Shown in pieces: positions 9,658-20,129 of a stretch of DNA of 64,000 bases. The notes beneath the pieces are model-generated. The model saw nothing but the letters and a program-made list of their open reading frames with translations, was not told the DNA's origin and did no database searches. Source of the stretch: Candidatus Obscuribacteraceae bacterium (lineage in GTDB: Bacteria > Cyanobacteriota > Vampirovibrionia > Obscuribacterales > Obscuribacteraceae); contig JBGASG010000001.1 of the NCBI GenBank assembly GCA_044229845.1, positions 64,001 through 128,000 on the forward strand. Reading direction: 5' to 3'. Each line of letters begins with the position of its first letter. Positions within the stretch are counted from its first letter, which is position 1. The position numbers and the translations under genes were made by a program.

Positions 9658-12600
9658 GGCTGGCTAGGAGCGTGCGTGCCTCGACTAGTTCGGGCATATC
9701 CAGTCCTTCGGTGTACGCGCCGTATATGGTGCTCAGTGCTGCACGAGCTTCGTTCATGCGCCCCAACTTCTGCCAGAGTCTTGCGAGGCTGATGGTGCAG
9801 CGCAATTCCCAGCCGCGGCTCCCCTGGGCCCGAGCTGCTGCAATCGCTTCTTTGAAGAAACCTTCGGCCGCTGCCTCGTCCTTAGTCGCCGCTTGCGCCG
9901 CTAAGACCCCTCGCAGCCGCTTCAACTCGCTGCGGAAGATGCAATCATCGTTATTGGCGACTAGGACATCAGCTTCATCCAGTAGTCTCTCTGCCGGCTC
10001 ATAGTTTCCTGCCTTGATCTGCGCATCCGCCAAAACCGATAGCAGCGAAGGCACCGTCAGTGATGCCGCGAGAGCCCTGAATGATTTGATGCCTTGCTCC
10101 AATTTTGGTATTGCTTCGTTTGGGTGACCCTCTAACAGCTCTACCGCACCCAGCTGGAAGGTCGAAGTAGCTTCCCATAATGCGAATTTTTGATGCTTGG
10201 CCACAGCGGCTTCTTCCAGAGCTGCTGTCCGGGCTTCATTCGGCATGCGGCAGAAGTGATAGATGCGGCTGGAGAAATACAGTGCGTGCGCCAGACTGAA
10301 TGGATGTCCGATCTTGCGAGCCAACGCCACGGTCTCAGCATTGAGTCGGGACGCTTTTTCTGGAAGACCAAGATGCCACAGCGCCATGGCGAGATAGCTG
10401 CGCTGCACGACGGCCGAGTTCTGTCCGAGACGAGATGACCATATGGCGCATTGCTCCATGTCTTCATATTCGGCGGTCGCGCGCTCGCATTCTTCGCGGC
10501 AGCCTGCGAAGTCACCGCGATAAAAGCGCGTGACGGCAGTTGCAACGGCGGCTTCCATATTGATGCCACGGTCGCCGGTTCGCTCTGCCAGCGCTTGCAT
10601 CTCTGCGGACAAGTTTGTGCATAGTTCCAGATCGGCGCGCACCAGGTGCCAGCACCAGTTGCCCCACATCACTTCGAACATCTGGGCGCAGTCGTCGATC
10701 TTTTCGCAGAGAGAGCGGGCGCGAGCAAACGCGGGTCCGCTTTCGGGAGCGGCATATCCCATGGTCAGCTGGTATGCGGAGCCAAGTGGGCTGAGGAAGG
10801 CAAGTTCCATGCTGTCTCGATAGGAAGATTCGGGAAGCGTGTTGAGCAACTCCAATCCTTTCGTGAAGTGGTTGATTGCCTCGACATTGGCAAATTGCTC
10901 CTGGGCTTTGAAGCCCGCCGCCAACCAGTAACCGACGGACCTTTCGATCAGTCCGGCTTCAGTCAGGTGGTGCGCAATAAACTCCGGCTGCGCTTCGGTG
11001 GTTTGAGCGAATTGTTTCTCCAGTGCCTCGGCGATTTTGGCGTGACACTGCTGGCGGTGACTCTTGACCATGGCGTTGTACAGCGCATCTTCCAGCAGTG
11101 CGTGCTTGAAGTGGTACGATGAATTGGGCGGGCGACCCTTCTGATAGAGTATTTCGGCTTGCACGAGCTTAGACAGTTCCGCATCCAGATTGTCTTTGTC
11201 TGCGCCGCACACCGCTGCCAGCAGCTGATAGCTGAAGCCGCGACCTAGCTGAAGCCGCGACCGAGCGCGGAGGCTAGCTGTGCGAGTTCGCGATCGCCTT
11301 CCATTCTGTCGAGACGAGCCATAATCAGGTCTTGCAACGCCGGTGGAATGGCGCGCACCATGAATGTCTTGACCTGATTGTTATCCTCAGCGCTTTGCAC
11401 GAGCAGACCCGATTCCTTCACCATCTTGGTGAATTCTTCGACGAACAGAGGAATACCGTTCGAGCGATTGCAGACCTCGTCAACCACATTATCGGGAACT
11501 TGGCTGCCTGTTTTTCTCTCCATTAGCTCGGCGACTTGACGCTTGGTCAGGCGATTGAGCGCGAGACTGGTCTGGTGCTCGAGGGACGACCAGGGAGTGC
11601 GAAACTCTGGACGAAACGTCAGCAATATCAGAATGCGTTCGTCTCGCACCTCCGACAGTAATAGCGTGAGAAACTCCAGCGTCGACGCATCCAGCCAGTG
11701 TAGGTCTTCGATTACGAAGAGCACCGGCCGCGATGCCGAGTAAGCTTGCAGCCATTCTTTAAGTGCGAGAAACACCTCTTCGCGCTCTCGCGCGGGCGAG
11801 AGTGCCAGTGAAGGAAACCGCGCGTCCGCCGGCAGCGACAGCAGCGAAGCAAAAAGCGGAACCGCCTCTCGCGATGCCAGTCCATATTTCTCCAGGTGCT
11901 TCAGCAAGCGAGCGAAGTGCTCGGTGGGTGTTTCGTCACGATTGAGCTTCAGTAGTCGCTGAAAATAGTTGGTTGCCGGATAGAGTCCCGTGCTGCGGAA
12001 ATGCGGCGAGCAGCGCCATTCGATGACAGGCGAGTCACCGTTCTGGTTGGTGGCACCGGCGGCGACGTGTTCCTTCATCGCATGCACCAAGCGCGATTTG
12101 CCCAAGCCGGCTTCGCCGACCAGCAACACAATTTGGCCCATGCCTTCTTGCGCCTGTTCCCAGCGCTGCAAAAGGAGATTTAACTCGAGGTCGCGCCCCG
12201 TCAGTGGTGTCAACTCGACCGGCACACTGATCGCTGGGTCAAAGGCACCATCTTCAGATGGTTCGAGTAATTCGAAAACCTCAATCGGTTGATCGAGACC
12301 TTTGATTTTGTGAGTTCCAAGACTGGCGGATTTGAACCTGCCTCTGATGACGCTGCGCGTGGCTTCGCTAAATACGATCTGTCCGTCTGCGGCGACTTCC
12401 TTGAGTCGCTGCGCGATGGTGCGTGCCTCGCCGGCGAGCGAGATCATGTCACCTTCGAGGGAACAGATCGCCGTGCCCGTATGTACTGCGAGCCACGGAG
12501 TTAGATGCTGATCGGTGAGTTCCTGAAGTAATGTACGTGCTGTGGTGCATGCCCGGGCTGCAGCATCTTCTTGAGCCACGGGAAAGCCAAAGCAGGCGAG

Positions 12601-14016
12601 CAGACCCTCAGAACCACACTGAACGACGGTGCCGTTTAAACGCTCAACCGACTGGCGGCAGGACTGCTGGAAGGCGCTGATGATAGTTTCTCGCTCATCT
12701 TCTGAGACATTCTCGAGAAACTCTTCCGACTCAAAGGATTCGCAACCACAGACAAGCACGGTCACCTGGCGCCGCTCCGCTTTGCGCAAGCCGCTCTGAC
12801 GTGACGCGGTCGGTGGTGCTGCGGTTGGAGCAGCAACCGATTTCATCAACCATGAACTCGGCGATTTCGGACCATCGGCACCACCGGTGCCACCAGCTTG
12901 TTGCGCATAGCTGCCGGCGTCTTTGCCTTCAATTGCTTCCAATTCGGCTATCACATCCTTGGCGGTGCGCGGGCGGTCATCGACAGTTTTAGCCAGCAAC
13001 CGCAGCACCAGGTCATCCAGAGCCGGTGGGCAAAGAGGATTGGTCTGAATAGGCGGTGCCGGGGCTTCTGTAGCGAGGGACAGCAACGTGTCCATGATTG
13101 TGATTCGACCGAACGGCGGCTGCCCGGTGATTAATGCATACAGCAAGCAACCGAGGCTGAACAAATCTGTTCGCTCATCGAGATCGGCGCCGCGAGCTTG
13201 CTCGGGCGACATGTAGAGCGGCGATCCGATAATCATGCCGCTGCTCGTCAGCCTGCTGGTAACTTGTTGCGGTCTGGCCAACCCGAAATCGAGGAGCTTC
13301 ACTCGCCCCCGCGGCGCTTCCAGCCAGACGTTTTCAGGCTTGATGTCGCGGTGAATCAGACCGCGTTCATGTGCCGCAGCCAGCGCTTGCGCCGTCTCTT
13401 TGCCGATGCGAACAATGTCGCGCATGTTCGGACGACTCTCGCGTTGCAGAAGGCGATCGAGCGGACCGCCTTCGAGCAGTTCCATAGCGATGTAGCAAAC
13501 ATCGTTGTGCTGACCGACCTGGTGCACCGTCACCACATGGTCGCTCTTCACTTGCGCCATCGCACGAGCTTCTCGCAAGAAACGCTGCCGCACCTCGTCG
13601 TCTTCACGAAACTCCGACTTGATCACCTTGATGGCAACGGCGCGTTCAAGCTGAGTGTCTTCTGCCTGGAGTACCATCCCCATGCCGCCCTCGCCGAGAA
13701 TTTTGACGACGCGATAATGAGCCAGGCGTCCGAGTTCGTCCTCGGACGTCGGGGGCGACAAGAACGACAGCCGTTGCTCGTCGGTTTCGGCGGCAGGCGC
13801 CACCCGCGATACCTCGATGGGAGTCATCGCCGCCGCTCTCGGAACAGGAGGAATCGATGCTGAGCCGCCGGAGATCTTCTCCAGGGTCTGCAGTGTTGCG
13901 ATGCACATGGAGCAATGCTGCACATGCTCATTGAGCTGTTGTGCCTGCGCGTCTGTCAGTTCGCCCAGCAGAAGCTGGGCAATTTCGCCGGGGGTTGGGC
14001 AGGCAACTGTTTCCAT
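9650..14016 (-). pseudogene. zf-HC2 / Ser-Thr kinase / degenerate class III cyclase / P-loop ATPase / TPR protein, interrupted
   Basis: HxxxCxxC; GEGGMG, HRDIKPEN, DFG; GEAGLGKS, FVIEDLHW; FKHAL and TPR-like helices; split by a 17-bp duplication at 11229-11262. Confidence 0.9.
11229..11262. repeat. Perfect 17-bp tandem duplication TAGCTGAAGCCGCGACC x2
   Basis: Copies at 11229-11245 and 11246-11262. Confidence 0.95.
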
Positions 14017-14474
14017 CGCAAACCTGAAGCACCATCGGTGGTGATTGAAAGAAGGCTTCCGGGTAAAAAGCTCCACCCGTGCGGCATTATAACAAATTGA
14101 ATGCTTTAGGATGCGCGGTTCGCATGACAACATTTCGCGCGGCAATTCGTAACGGAGAGTCTACAGTCGGGTGGCAAGCGTCTGTGACAAGTGGCACCGC
14201 CTATGGTGCGCAGGTTTACTCGCCGGTCTCCTCGGACATTGGAAACCGCGTTTCGCATCCATCGAATCGAGTGCCGGATTAAATCGACTTCTTTGAAATG
14301 CCCGCCTCGCATGACAACGAAGCTCCGACTTCAAATAGCGGAGCCCGCCGCGCTCTGCTGGCTGTAACAAGGGGTCTACAAGGGGGAGCGTACGCGCTGA
14401 CTATGCGGGTGTCGAGATGCTAGAGTGTGGCAACCAGTTTTGACATAAGGAATGCCGTGCCTGGGGAGCCCGTA

Positions 14475-15179
14475 GTGAAGACCGTGCTGACGAGATTACT
14501 GGCTTTTTGCGCGCTTGCTGTGCTTGTGGCCGGATGTTCCAGCGGGGGATCCGGGGCAGGTTCTGGTGCGAGCTCCGGAGCCGATAACAACGCCGGGAAA
14601 GTGAAGGCGTTCTGGCAGTGGTTCGAGAAGAACGAACAGCAGTTGTTTGCGTCGAAGGACGATTCGGACGACGCCACGCTTGCCGATCTCGACAAGCAGC
14701 TTGAATCCATCAATCCAGACCTGACTTTTGAGTTCGGACCGGAGAGCAGCGGCAAGAGAGACTTTGTGATTGGCGCCAACGGATTGGAAGAAGTGATTCC
14801 GGTGGTCATGTCGACAGTAGCTAGCGCTCCGAAGCTCCCGCGCTGGCGAGTCATCGCGTTTCGGCAGAAACAGCGTGCTCCGAAACCCGTTAAGCAAGGC
14901 AAAGTGATGGTCAGTCCCGAGAAAGTGACCTTCATGCTGAAACCGGATGGTGACCGCGCATCCATAACGCTCTACGTCAAGGGCTACGATAATTCCGACG
15001 ACTACGAAGAAGCGACTTTGATCTTGCTGGACGAAACGCTTGGCGAATACGATTCCATCACAAGATTGAACGACATCGATATTAAGCCGAGGACAGAGGA
15101 TCGCAGGCGTGCAGCCAAGCCTTTGCCTCAGTTGTGTGCGGAACTCGATAAGATCGTCGCGCCGTCCAAAGCACCTTAA
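14475..15179 (+). CDS. Lipoprotein, hypothetical
   Basis: Lipobox VAGC; 'FWQWF', 'LTFEFG', 'LLDETLGEYD' segments. Confidence 0.7.
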   Translation: MKTVLTRLLAFCALAVLVAGCSSGGSGAGSGASSGADNNAGKVKAFWQWFEKNEQQLFASKDDSDDATLADLDKQLESINPDLTFEFGPESSGKRDFVIGANGLEEVIPVVMSTVASAPKLPRWRVIAFRQKQRAPKPVKQGKVMVSPEKVTFMLKPDGDRASITLYVKGYDNSDDYEEATLILLDETLGEYDSITRLNDIDIKPRTEDRRRAAKPLPQLCAELDKIVAPSKAP

Positions 15180-15181
15180 AG

Positions 15182-16321
15182 TTACGGCTGTTCTGTGGTT
15201 TTGAGAATCTTTTTCCATGCCGGCAATGAAGTGTCCTTGCCGCCGCTGATTCGTTCGATAGCAGCTTGAACCTCCAGTCGCACTTCGAATTCTGGATCGT
15301 TAATGGCTTGTTGCAGTGATGGCAAGGCTTGTTCGGTGCCCATGTCGAAAAGGAATCTGGCTGCTCGCCATCGAACAAGTTTGTTGGAGTCACCGAGTGC
15401 CTTGCACATGGCGGATTGAGCTGAGGCATCGCCGAGATCTGACAGCGCATCACCGGCGGTGCGTCTCACGCCAACGGATGTGTCTTCGAGTAAGGCAGTC
15501 GCTAGCGGGGCGACAGCATTCTCGCTTCCCGACGCGCCGAGAGCAGCGGCGGCTAGTCGGCGTACCTGAGGCTGAGTGTCTGTGAGCGCTTTGATGAGAA
15601 ACGAAACCGCATCTTCCGCTGTCCCTATTTCTTGCACTGCCGCCAATCGTTTGTGCCAATCGTCAGATGCTAGATCCGCCTGTATCACAACGAGCGGTCT
15701 CTCGGCGCGGTGCTCTTGTTGTGACCCTCCTAAAGCATTAGCAACGAGCGATGCAAGTTCTGTTTCGTCCAGAGTCCCGCTGATTTCGTCCACAACTTCT
15801 GCGGCGACCTGATCGCGCGCACCATACCGCACACCTAGATTCTTCCAGTACCGCTCTTTTAGATAGTCTGCACCTGACTTTTCCTGGACAAGCTGCGCTG
15901 CATCGGAGAAGCGTGTGTCGAGCGCAACTCTGTTTTCGCCATCGGCATCAACAACTTTTACTTGAATCGGAATTCCGCGAAACGTCTGCACGAACACCGC
16001 CGCCTGTCCCAGGGTTTCGCCACGAGCCCGCTGTGCATCAGGACTTGTACCTTCGCCGACGCTCGACGTTGTGCCTGACAGAAGATGAGTTGCTGTGTCT
16101 AGAATCGAACTCCACTCTGTTCTTGGGTCTCGGTTCATCGTGATGAAGTCGCCGCACACAAACACACTCTGCACTCCATCTATGTTGAGGAGCTGCGCGA
16201 CGTAGTCGGGACAAGTGGTGGCATCCTTTGCAGTAAACGTCGCGGTCAGTCCAACAGACCGATCCAGATTGAGTTTCATGCTGTTGGGATTGGGTGTCGT
16301 CTCGATGGATATCAGCCGCAT
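15182..16321 (-). CDS. CvfC/YpgR-like protein: NifU N-terminal + virulence factor + HEAT repeats
   Basis: SIETTPNPNSMK, FRGIPIQVK, VRRTAGDALSD, LVRWRAARFL. Confidence 0.85.
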   Translation of the reverse strand: MRLISIETTPNPNSMKLNLDRSVGLTATFTAKDATTCPDYVAQLLNIDGVQSVFVCGDFITMNRDPRTEWSSILDTATHLLSGTTSSVGEGTSPDAQRARGETLGQAAVFVQTFRGIPIQVKVVDADGENRVALDTRFSDAAQLVQEKSGADYLKERYWKNLGVRYGARDQVAAEVVDEISGTLDETELASLVANALGGSQQEHRAERPLVVIQADLASDDWHKRLAAVQEIGTAEDAVSFLIKALTDTQPQVRRLAAAALGASGSENAVAPLATALLEDTSVGVRRTAGDALSDLGDASAQSAMCKALGDSNKLVRWRAARFLFDMGTEQALPSLQQAINDPEFEVRLEVQAAIERISGGKDTSLPAWKKILKTTEQP

Positions 16322-16337
16322 TTCGGTACCGCTGACT

Positions 16338-16763
16338 TCAATCGGATTGCGGACTGCGCCGCGATTGTTTGATTGCGGACTGTTTACGTTTGCTATCGAG
16401 ACGTTTGCGTTTCGACGACAGGGTTGCCCTTGTTGGGCGTCTCTTCTTCGGAGCGGTGGCAACCGAAGTCAGCATTTCTCGTAGTTTCTGTAGGCAGTCA
16501 TCTGCGTTCGATGCCTGATCGCGAAACTTCTGACTGGTGAGAATCAAATCGCCTTCGTTGCTGATACGCGACGCGAATTTGGACATGAACCGCTCGCGCA
16601 CATCCTCGGGCAGCTCTGAAGAACTCGTGACGCGCCAGCGCATTAGCGCTTTGCTATTGACTTTGTTGACGTTCTGCCCGCCAGGTCCGCCGCTGCGCAC
16701 GAAGCTGAACTCGATCTGGTCGAGTGGTATTTGGATAGCGCTGGTGACGAATAATGTGTTCAC
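16338..16763 (-). CDS. arfB: Alternative ribosome rescue peptidyl-tRNA hydrolase
   Basis: RSGGPGGQNVNKVNSK; basic C-terminal tail. Confidence 0.93.
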   Translation of the reverse strand: MNTLFVTSAIQIPLDQIEFSFVRSGGPGGQNVNKVNSKALMRWRVTSSSELPEDVRERFMSKFASRISNEGDLILTSQKFRDQASNADDCLQKLREMLTSVATAPKKRRPTRATLSSKRKRLDSKRKQSAIKQSRRSPQSD

Positions 16764-16844
16764 GGCACGATCATAGACGCTGCGGGGACCATTTGGTTCT
16801 GCCTGTATTTAGAATTTAGCCATGAAGTCCTGGCGGGGCAAGGC

Positions 16845-16893
16845 AATGTATTGACGAAACGTATGGACGAAATGTATTGACAATTTATATAAT
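16845..16893 (+). promoter_or_regulatory. brnTA promoter with three 13-bp tandem repeats and a TATAAT box
   Basis: AATGTATTGACGA / AACGTATGGACGA / AATGTATTGACAA at 16845-16883; TATAAT at 16888-16893. Confidence 0.65.
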
Positions 16894-16901
16894 GCTGTTG
16901 T

Positions 16902-17210
16902 ATGCAATATACATGGGACGAACGGAAACGAAAGATCAACCTCGCTAAGCATTTTGTCGACTTCGGTGATGGTTACTTGGTCATCGAGCATCCTGAGGCT
17001 TTCGAGAGTTTATCGATCAAGACCATCGAGGAGCGATACGAGGTCATAGCGCCGTTTGGGGAAGAAGCTGACCTTGTGTTGGTTGTTTACCACCCATTAG
17101 GTGACGACGAATGCCGCATAATCTCTATGAGATTGGCAAGCCATCAGGAAGAGATTCTTTACAAGCGCTTCAAGCAGAAGAAGGAACGAGATGCGAAACG
17201 AGAAAAGTAA
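16902..17210 (+). CDS. BrnT family toxin
   Basis: WDERKRKINLAKH..DF, EERY, RIISMRLA. Confidence 0.88.
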   Translation: MQYTWDERKRKINLAKHFVDFGDGYLVIEHPEAFESLSIKTIEERYEVIAPFGEEADLVLVVYHPLGDDECRIISMRLASHQEEILYKRFKQKKERDAKREK

Positions 17211-17568
17211 AACCGATCTGGCTAAGGCTCGCCAATTGAAGCGTGAAGGAAAGATAGATTTTTCTGATTCGCCAGAACTAACAGAAGAGTGGTTTAACTC
17301 CGCCACCTATGGAGCGCGACCTCCGAAGGTTATGCTGTCTATGCGGGTCGATGCGGATGTAATGGCGTTTTTTCGGGAGAGCATTGGACCAGGCTATCAG
17401 CGTGTGATTCACGATTTGCTTCGGAGATTCGTTGAATTGAAGAAGGCGGGCGCGAGGACTGAATGGAAAGTCTCGGAGGAAAGGACTGCCTCGAAAAAGC
17501 CGGCAAAATCTTCCAACCGGGTCAAAGCGGCTGCGTCATCGAGACAAAGAGCTAAGAAGAGTTCCTAA
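17191..17568 (+). CDS. BrnA family antitoxin
   Basis: IDFSDSPELTEEWF, SMRVDADVMAFFR..GPGYQ. Confidence 0.88.
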   Translation: MRNEKSKTDLAKARQLKREGKIDFSDSPELTEEWFNSATYGARPPKVMLSMRVDADVMAFFRESIGPGYQRVIHDLLRRFVELKKAGARTEWKVSEERTASKKPAKSSNRVKAAASSRQRAKKSS

Positions 17569-17575
17569 CTGAGCA

Positions 17576-19450
17576 CTAATGCGCAACAGGCTTGGGCGTC
17601 GTGACGGGCGGTTTGATTTTAACTGCCGTCGGAATGATGACTTGCTCGCCCGGCACACCTGTCATCGGGCGCGGCGATCCGGCTGGAGAAGAAATAACGA
17701 GTTCTCGACCCTGCCAGTTACCGCCTATCTGTGGTTCTTGCTGCGCCCCATAATCGCGTTTGACTTCCCACGACACCTGACTCTGCAACTTGTCGAAAGC
17801 TTGATTGACATTACCATTGCACGAGCGCAGCGCTTGAATGAGGTAGTGAGTGAAGATGCCGTTTTGATCGGTCTTTGATTCCCAAGAGGCTTGATTCATG
17901 CCGCTGGAACTGATGATCAAGTGTCCGTTGCCGACGGGAATTGCCTTGACGTCGAAGTTGCCGACGCGATTGATGCCCTTGCCTCCCTGCCCGGCATTGC
18001 CACTAAAGCAGGTATCAAGCACGATCAATGCCCGTTCTGTCTTGACGCCTTCTTTGATGCGGCGCGAGAGTTCGTCCATGTCGACGCCCGTTGCGTAGAG
18101 ATCATTGATGTCGGTATCGTATGCCACCACATAGTTTCTTCCGCCATTATCGATGCTCGACGGCGTCCCGTGAGTGGAGACGTACACAACAACCAGATCA
18201 CCCGGTTCCGCTACGTTGGGCAGCCAGCGACTGCCGAACGCGCTCATGATATTTGCGCGGGTGGCCTGTTCGTTCAATAAGGTGACGATGTGATCGGTCT
18301 TGAAGTTCTCCTCCTTGACCAGGAAGTCACGAAAGTCTTGCGCGTCTTTAGCGGCGAATTTCAGATTTATCTGTGGGTTGGCAAACTTGCTGATGCCTAC
18401 CACGACAGCCCACTTATCGCGAATCGGCGCATCGGGTTTGGTGGCAGTCGATGAGCTTGACACGGGCTTGGCTTGAGCAGTCTCATCGACTGCGGTTTGT
18501 GTGGAAGGCACACCGTCAAGCGTGCCGCCTTTGCATATGAGGTCGGTGATGTCCGTTCCGTGATCCGTTACCGGTTGCTTGCCGTAATAGACTCCGGACC
18601 CTTCAAGAATGAGATTTGCGCGCCCCGCCACAGCCTTTTGAACAAGAGAGCTGCAGCGACTGGCGGAGGCTGCGGTTTCTGTCTGAATGAACTTGACTAG
18701 AGCTTGCTGTTTCGCATTGATTTCTGATTGAAGAGCGCTCGCCATTTGTGCGAGTTCTTGCTTGCTCTTGCCGGCTTTCTGCGCCGCTGCGAGTTTGGCA
18801 TTCCCTTCGGCGACGTCGGTGCGTAGCTGCGTTTCGGCAGCGGTACGCTGTTTCTCTACATCCAGATCGGGAAGGGCTTTGAACACAGTAGCCTTGTTGA
18901 AATAAGCAATGTCGAATGTTGTGGGGGATGCGTTGCCGCTGGAGTCCGTACTAGCCACGCCCAGAGCATTGAGAATTGAGTTGGTGACATCGACACCCTT
19001 GTCGACCAGCACCTTGCCACCGCCATAGACTGCCGCGCCGTCGACGATAAGCTGTAATCCCTTTTGCTCCGCAACTTTCGTGGCGGCTTGGACGATCGCT
19101 TGAGTGGCGGCAGTGTTCTTTGCCTGATAGTCCGCTATCAACTGCTGCTGCCTGGAATTAATAGTGGACTGGATTTCATCCGCCATCGCCTGTTGCTGAG
19201 CCAGGCTGCTACCGGAGGCTTTCGCAGCGTCCAACCGTTTGTTGCCGGCGTCGACTTCGTCCCGCAGGTCCTTCTCGGACTGAGTGCGGAATGCATCGGC
19301 ATCCAGCGAAGCCTGGAACTTGCTTTTAACGACCGCCAGATTGAAGTATCCAGCTTTGATCGTCACTGTATCCGCCGCTGCTGGATTTAAGTGACTGGAG
19401 GACAGCAGGAGAAGGCTGAAAGCAGTCACCAGTAAGGTTTTTGATTTCAT
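17576..19450 (-). CDS. Secreted caspase-like (C14) peptidase with two N-terminal OmpH/Skp-like domains
   Basis: Signal peptide; two 'xYFN...coiled coil...L(I/V).(D/E)G..VY.G...D(V/I)T' repeats; KWAVVVGIS, STHG and LDTCFSG catalytic dyad. Confidence 0.85.
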   Translation of the reverse strand: MKSKTLLVTAFSLLLLSSSHLNPAAADTVTIKAGYFNLAVVKSKFQASLDADAFRTQSEKDLRDEVDAGNKRLDAAKASGSSLAQQQAMADEIQSTINSRQQQLIADYQAKNTAATQAIVQAATKVAEQKGLQLIVDGAAVYGGGKVLVDKGVDVTNSILNALGVASTDSSGNASPTTFDIAYFNKATVFKALPDLDVEKQRTAAETQLRTDVAEGNAKLAAAQKAGKSKQELAQMASALQSEINAKQQALVKFIQTETAASASRCSSLVQKAVAGRANLILEGSGVYYGKQPVTDHGTDITDLICKGGTLDGVPSTQTAVDETAQAKPVSSSSTATKPDAPIRDKWAVVVGISKFANPQINLKFAAKDAQDFRDFLVKEENFKTDHIVTLLNEQATRANIMSAFGSRWLPNVAEPGDLVVVYVSTHGTPSSIDNGGRNYVVAYDTDINDLYATGVDMDELSRRIKEGVKTERALIVLDTCFSGNAGQGGKGINRVGNFDVKAIPVGNGHLIISSSGMNQASWESKTDQNGIFTHYLIQALRSCNGNVNQAFDKLQSQVSWEVKRDYGAQQEPQIGGNWQGRELVISSPAGSPRPMTGVPGEQVIIPTAVKIKPPVTTPKPVAH

Positions 19451-19592
19451 ATTAAATTCGAGCCGAGGAGCACGATTTTATCGTACCCACGCGAACAATA
19501 TTTATATCGATGCCGAAGTGCGGAGGGTAACAATCGAGGTGTCCAAGTCGGGCACCATGGGTGATACCATGCTTAGGCGCTAAGCCGCTGAA

Positions 19593-20048
19593 CTACCGCA
19601 CGCCGAGCTTTGCCAGTTCTTCGTCCAGAGTTTCCAGTCCTGCTGGCCAGTTGTCTCTGTGCCCGTCTCGACTGCGTTCATCTGCGAAGCCGGAGTGGGT
19701 CAAGCGAAGATGAGTGCCCTTGTCGGTGGGCGTGAGCTCAATTCTCAAGACAGTTTCTGTGCCGGCGGTGCCGTCTTTGCCTGTAAGCCATGTCATTTCG
19801 ACTATTCTGTTTTTCTCCAATTCGAGAAACCGGCCGTAGTGCGGGTGACTGCCCCAGTCTTTGCGGTTGTTGAAGAAGAACGGTCTGTCGACTTCCGGGA
19901 CCATGAGGATCTCGCCCGGTTCGGCAAACCATCTGTCGAACTTCTCGGTCCACGCTTCGTAGATGGATTTCGCGTCTGCTTTCATGACGCGTTCGACCGT
20001 CATGGTTAAGGGGCGCGCCGATATGTCTGGAGGGCACTTGGATTTCAT
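19593..20048 (-). CDS. SRPBCC/AHSA1 domain protein
   Basis: IYEAWT, GRFLELE, T.LRLTHSGF, W...LE.L. Confidence 0.88.
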   Translation of the reverse strand: MKSKCPPDISARPLTMTVERVMKADAKSIYEAWTEKFDRWFAEPGEILMVPEVDRPFFFNNRKDWGSHPHYGRFLELEKNRIVEMTWLTGKDGTAGTETVLRIELTPTDKGTHLRLTHSGFADERSRDGHRDNWPAGLETLDEELAKLGVR

Positions 20049-20129
20049 TGGATAATCCCCGGGTTTGGAAAGGAGTCCTAGCATACTACGTTTTGAAAAC
20101 CGACAAAGTCCCGACACGCGGATGTGCCG

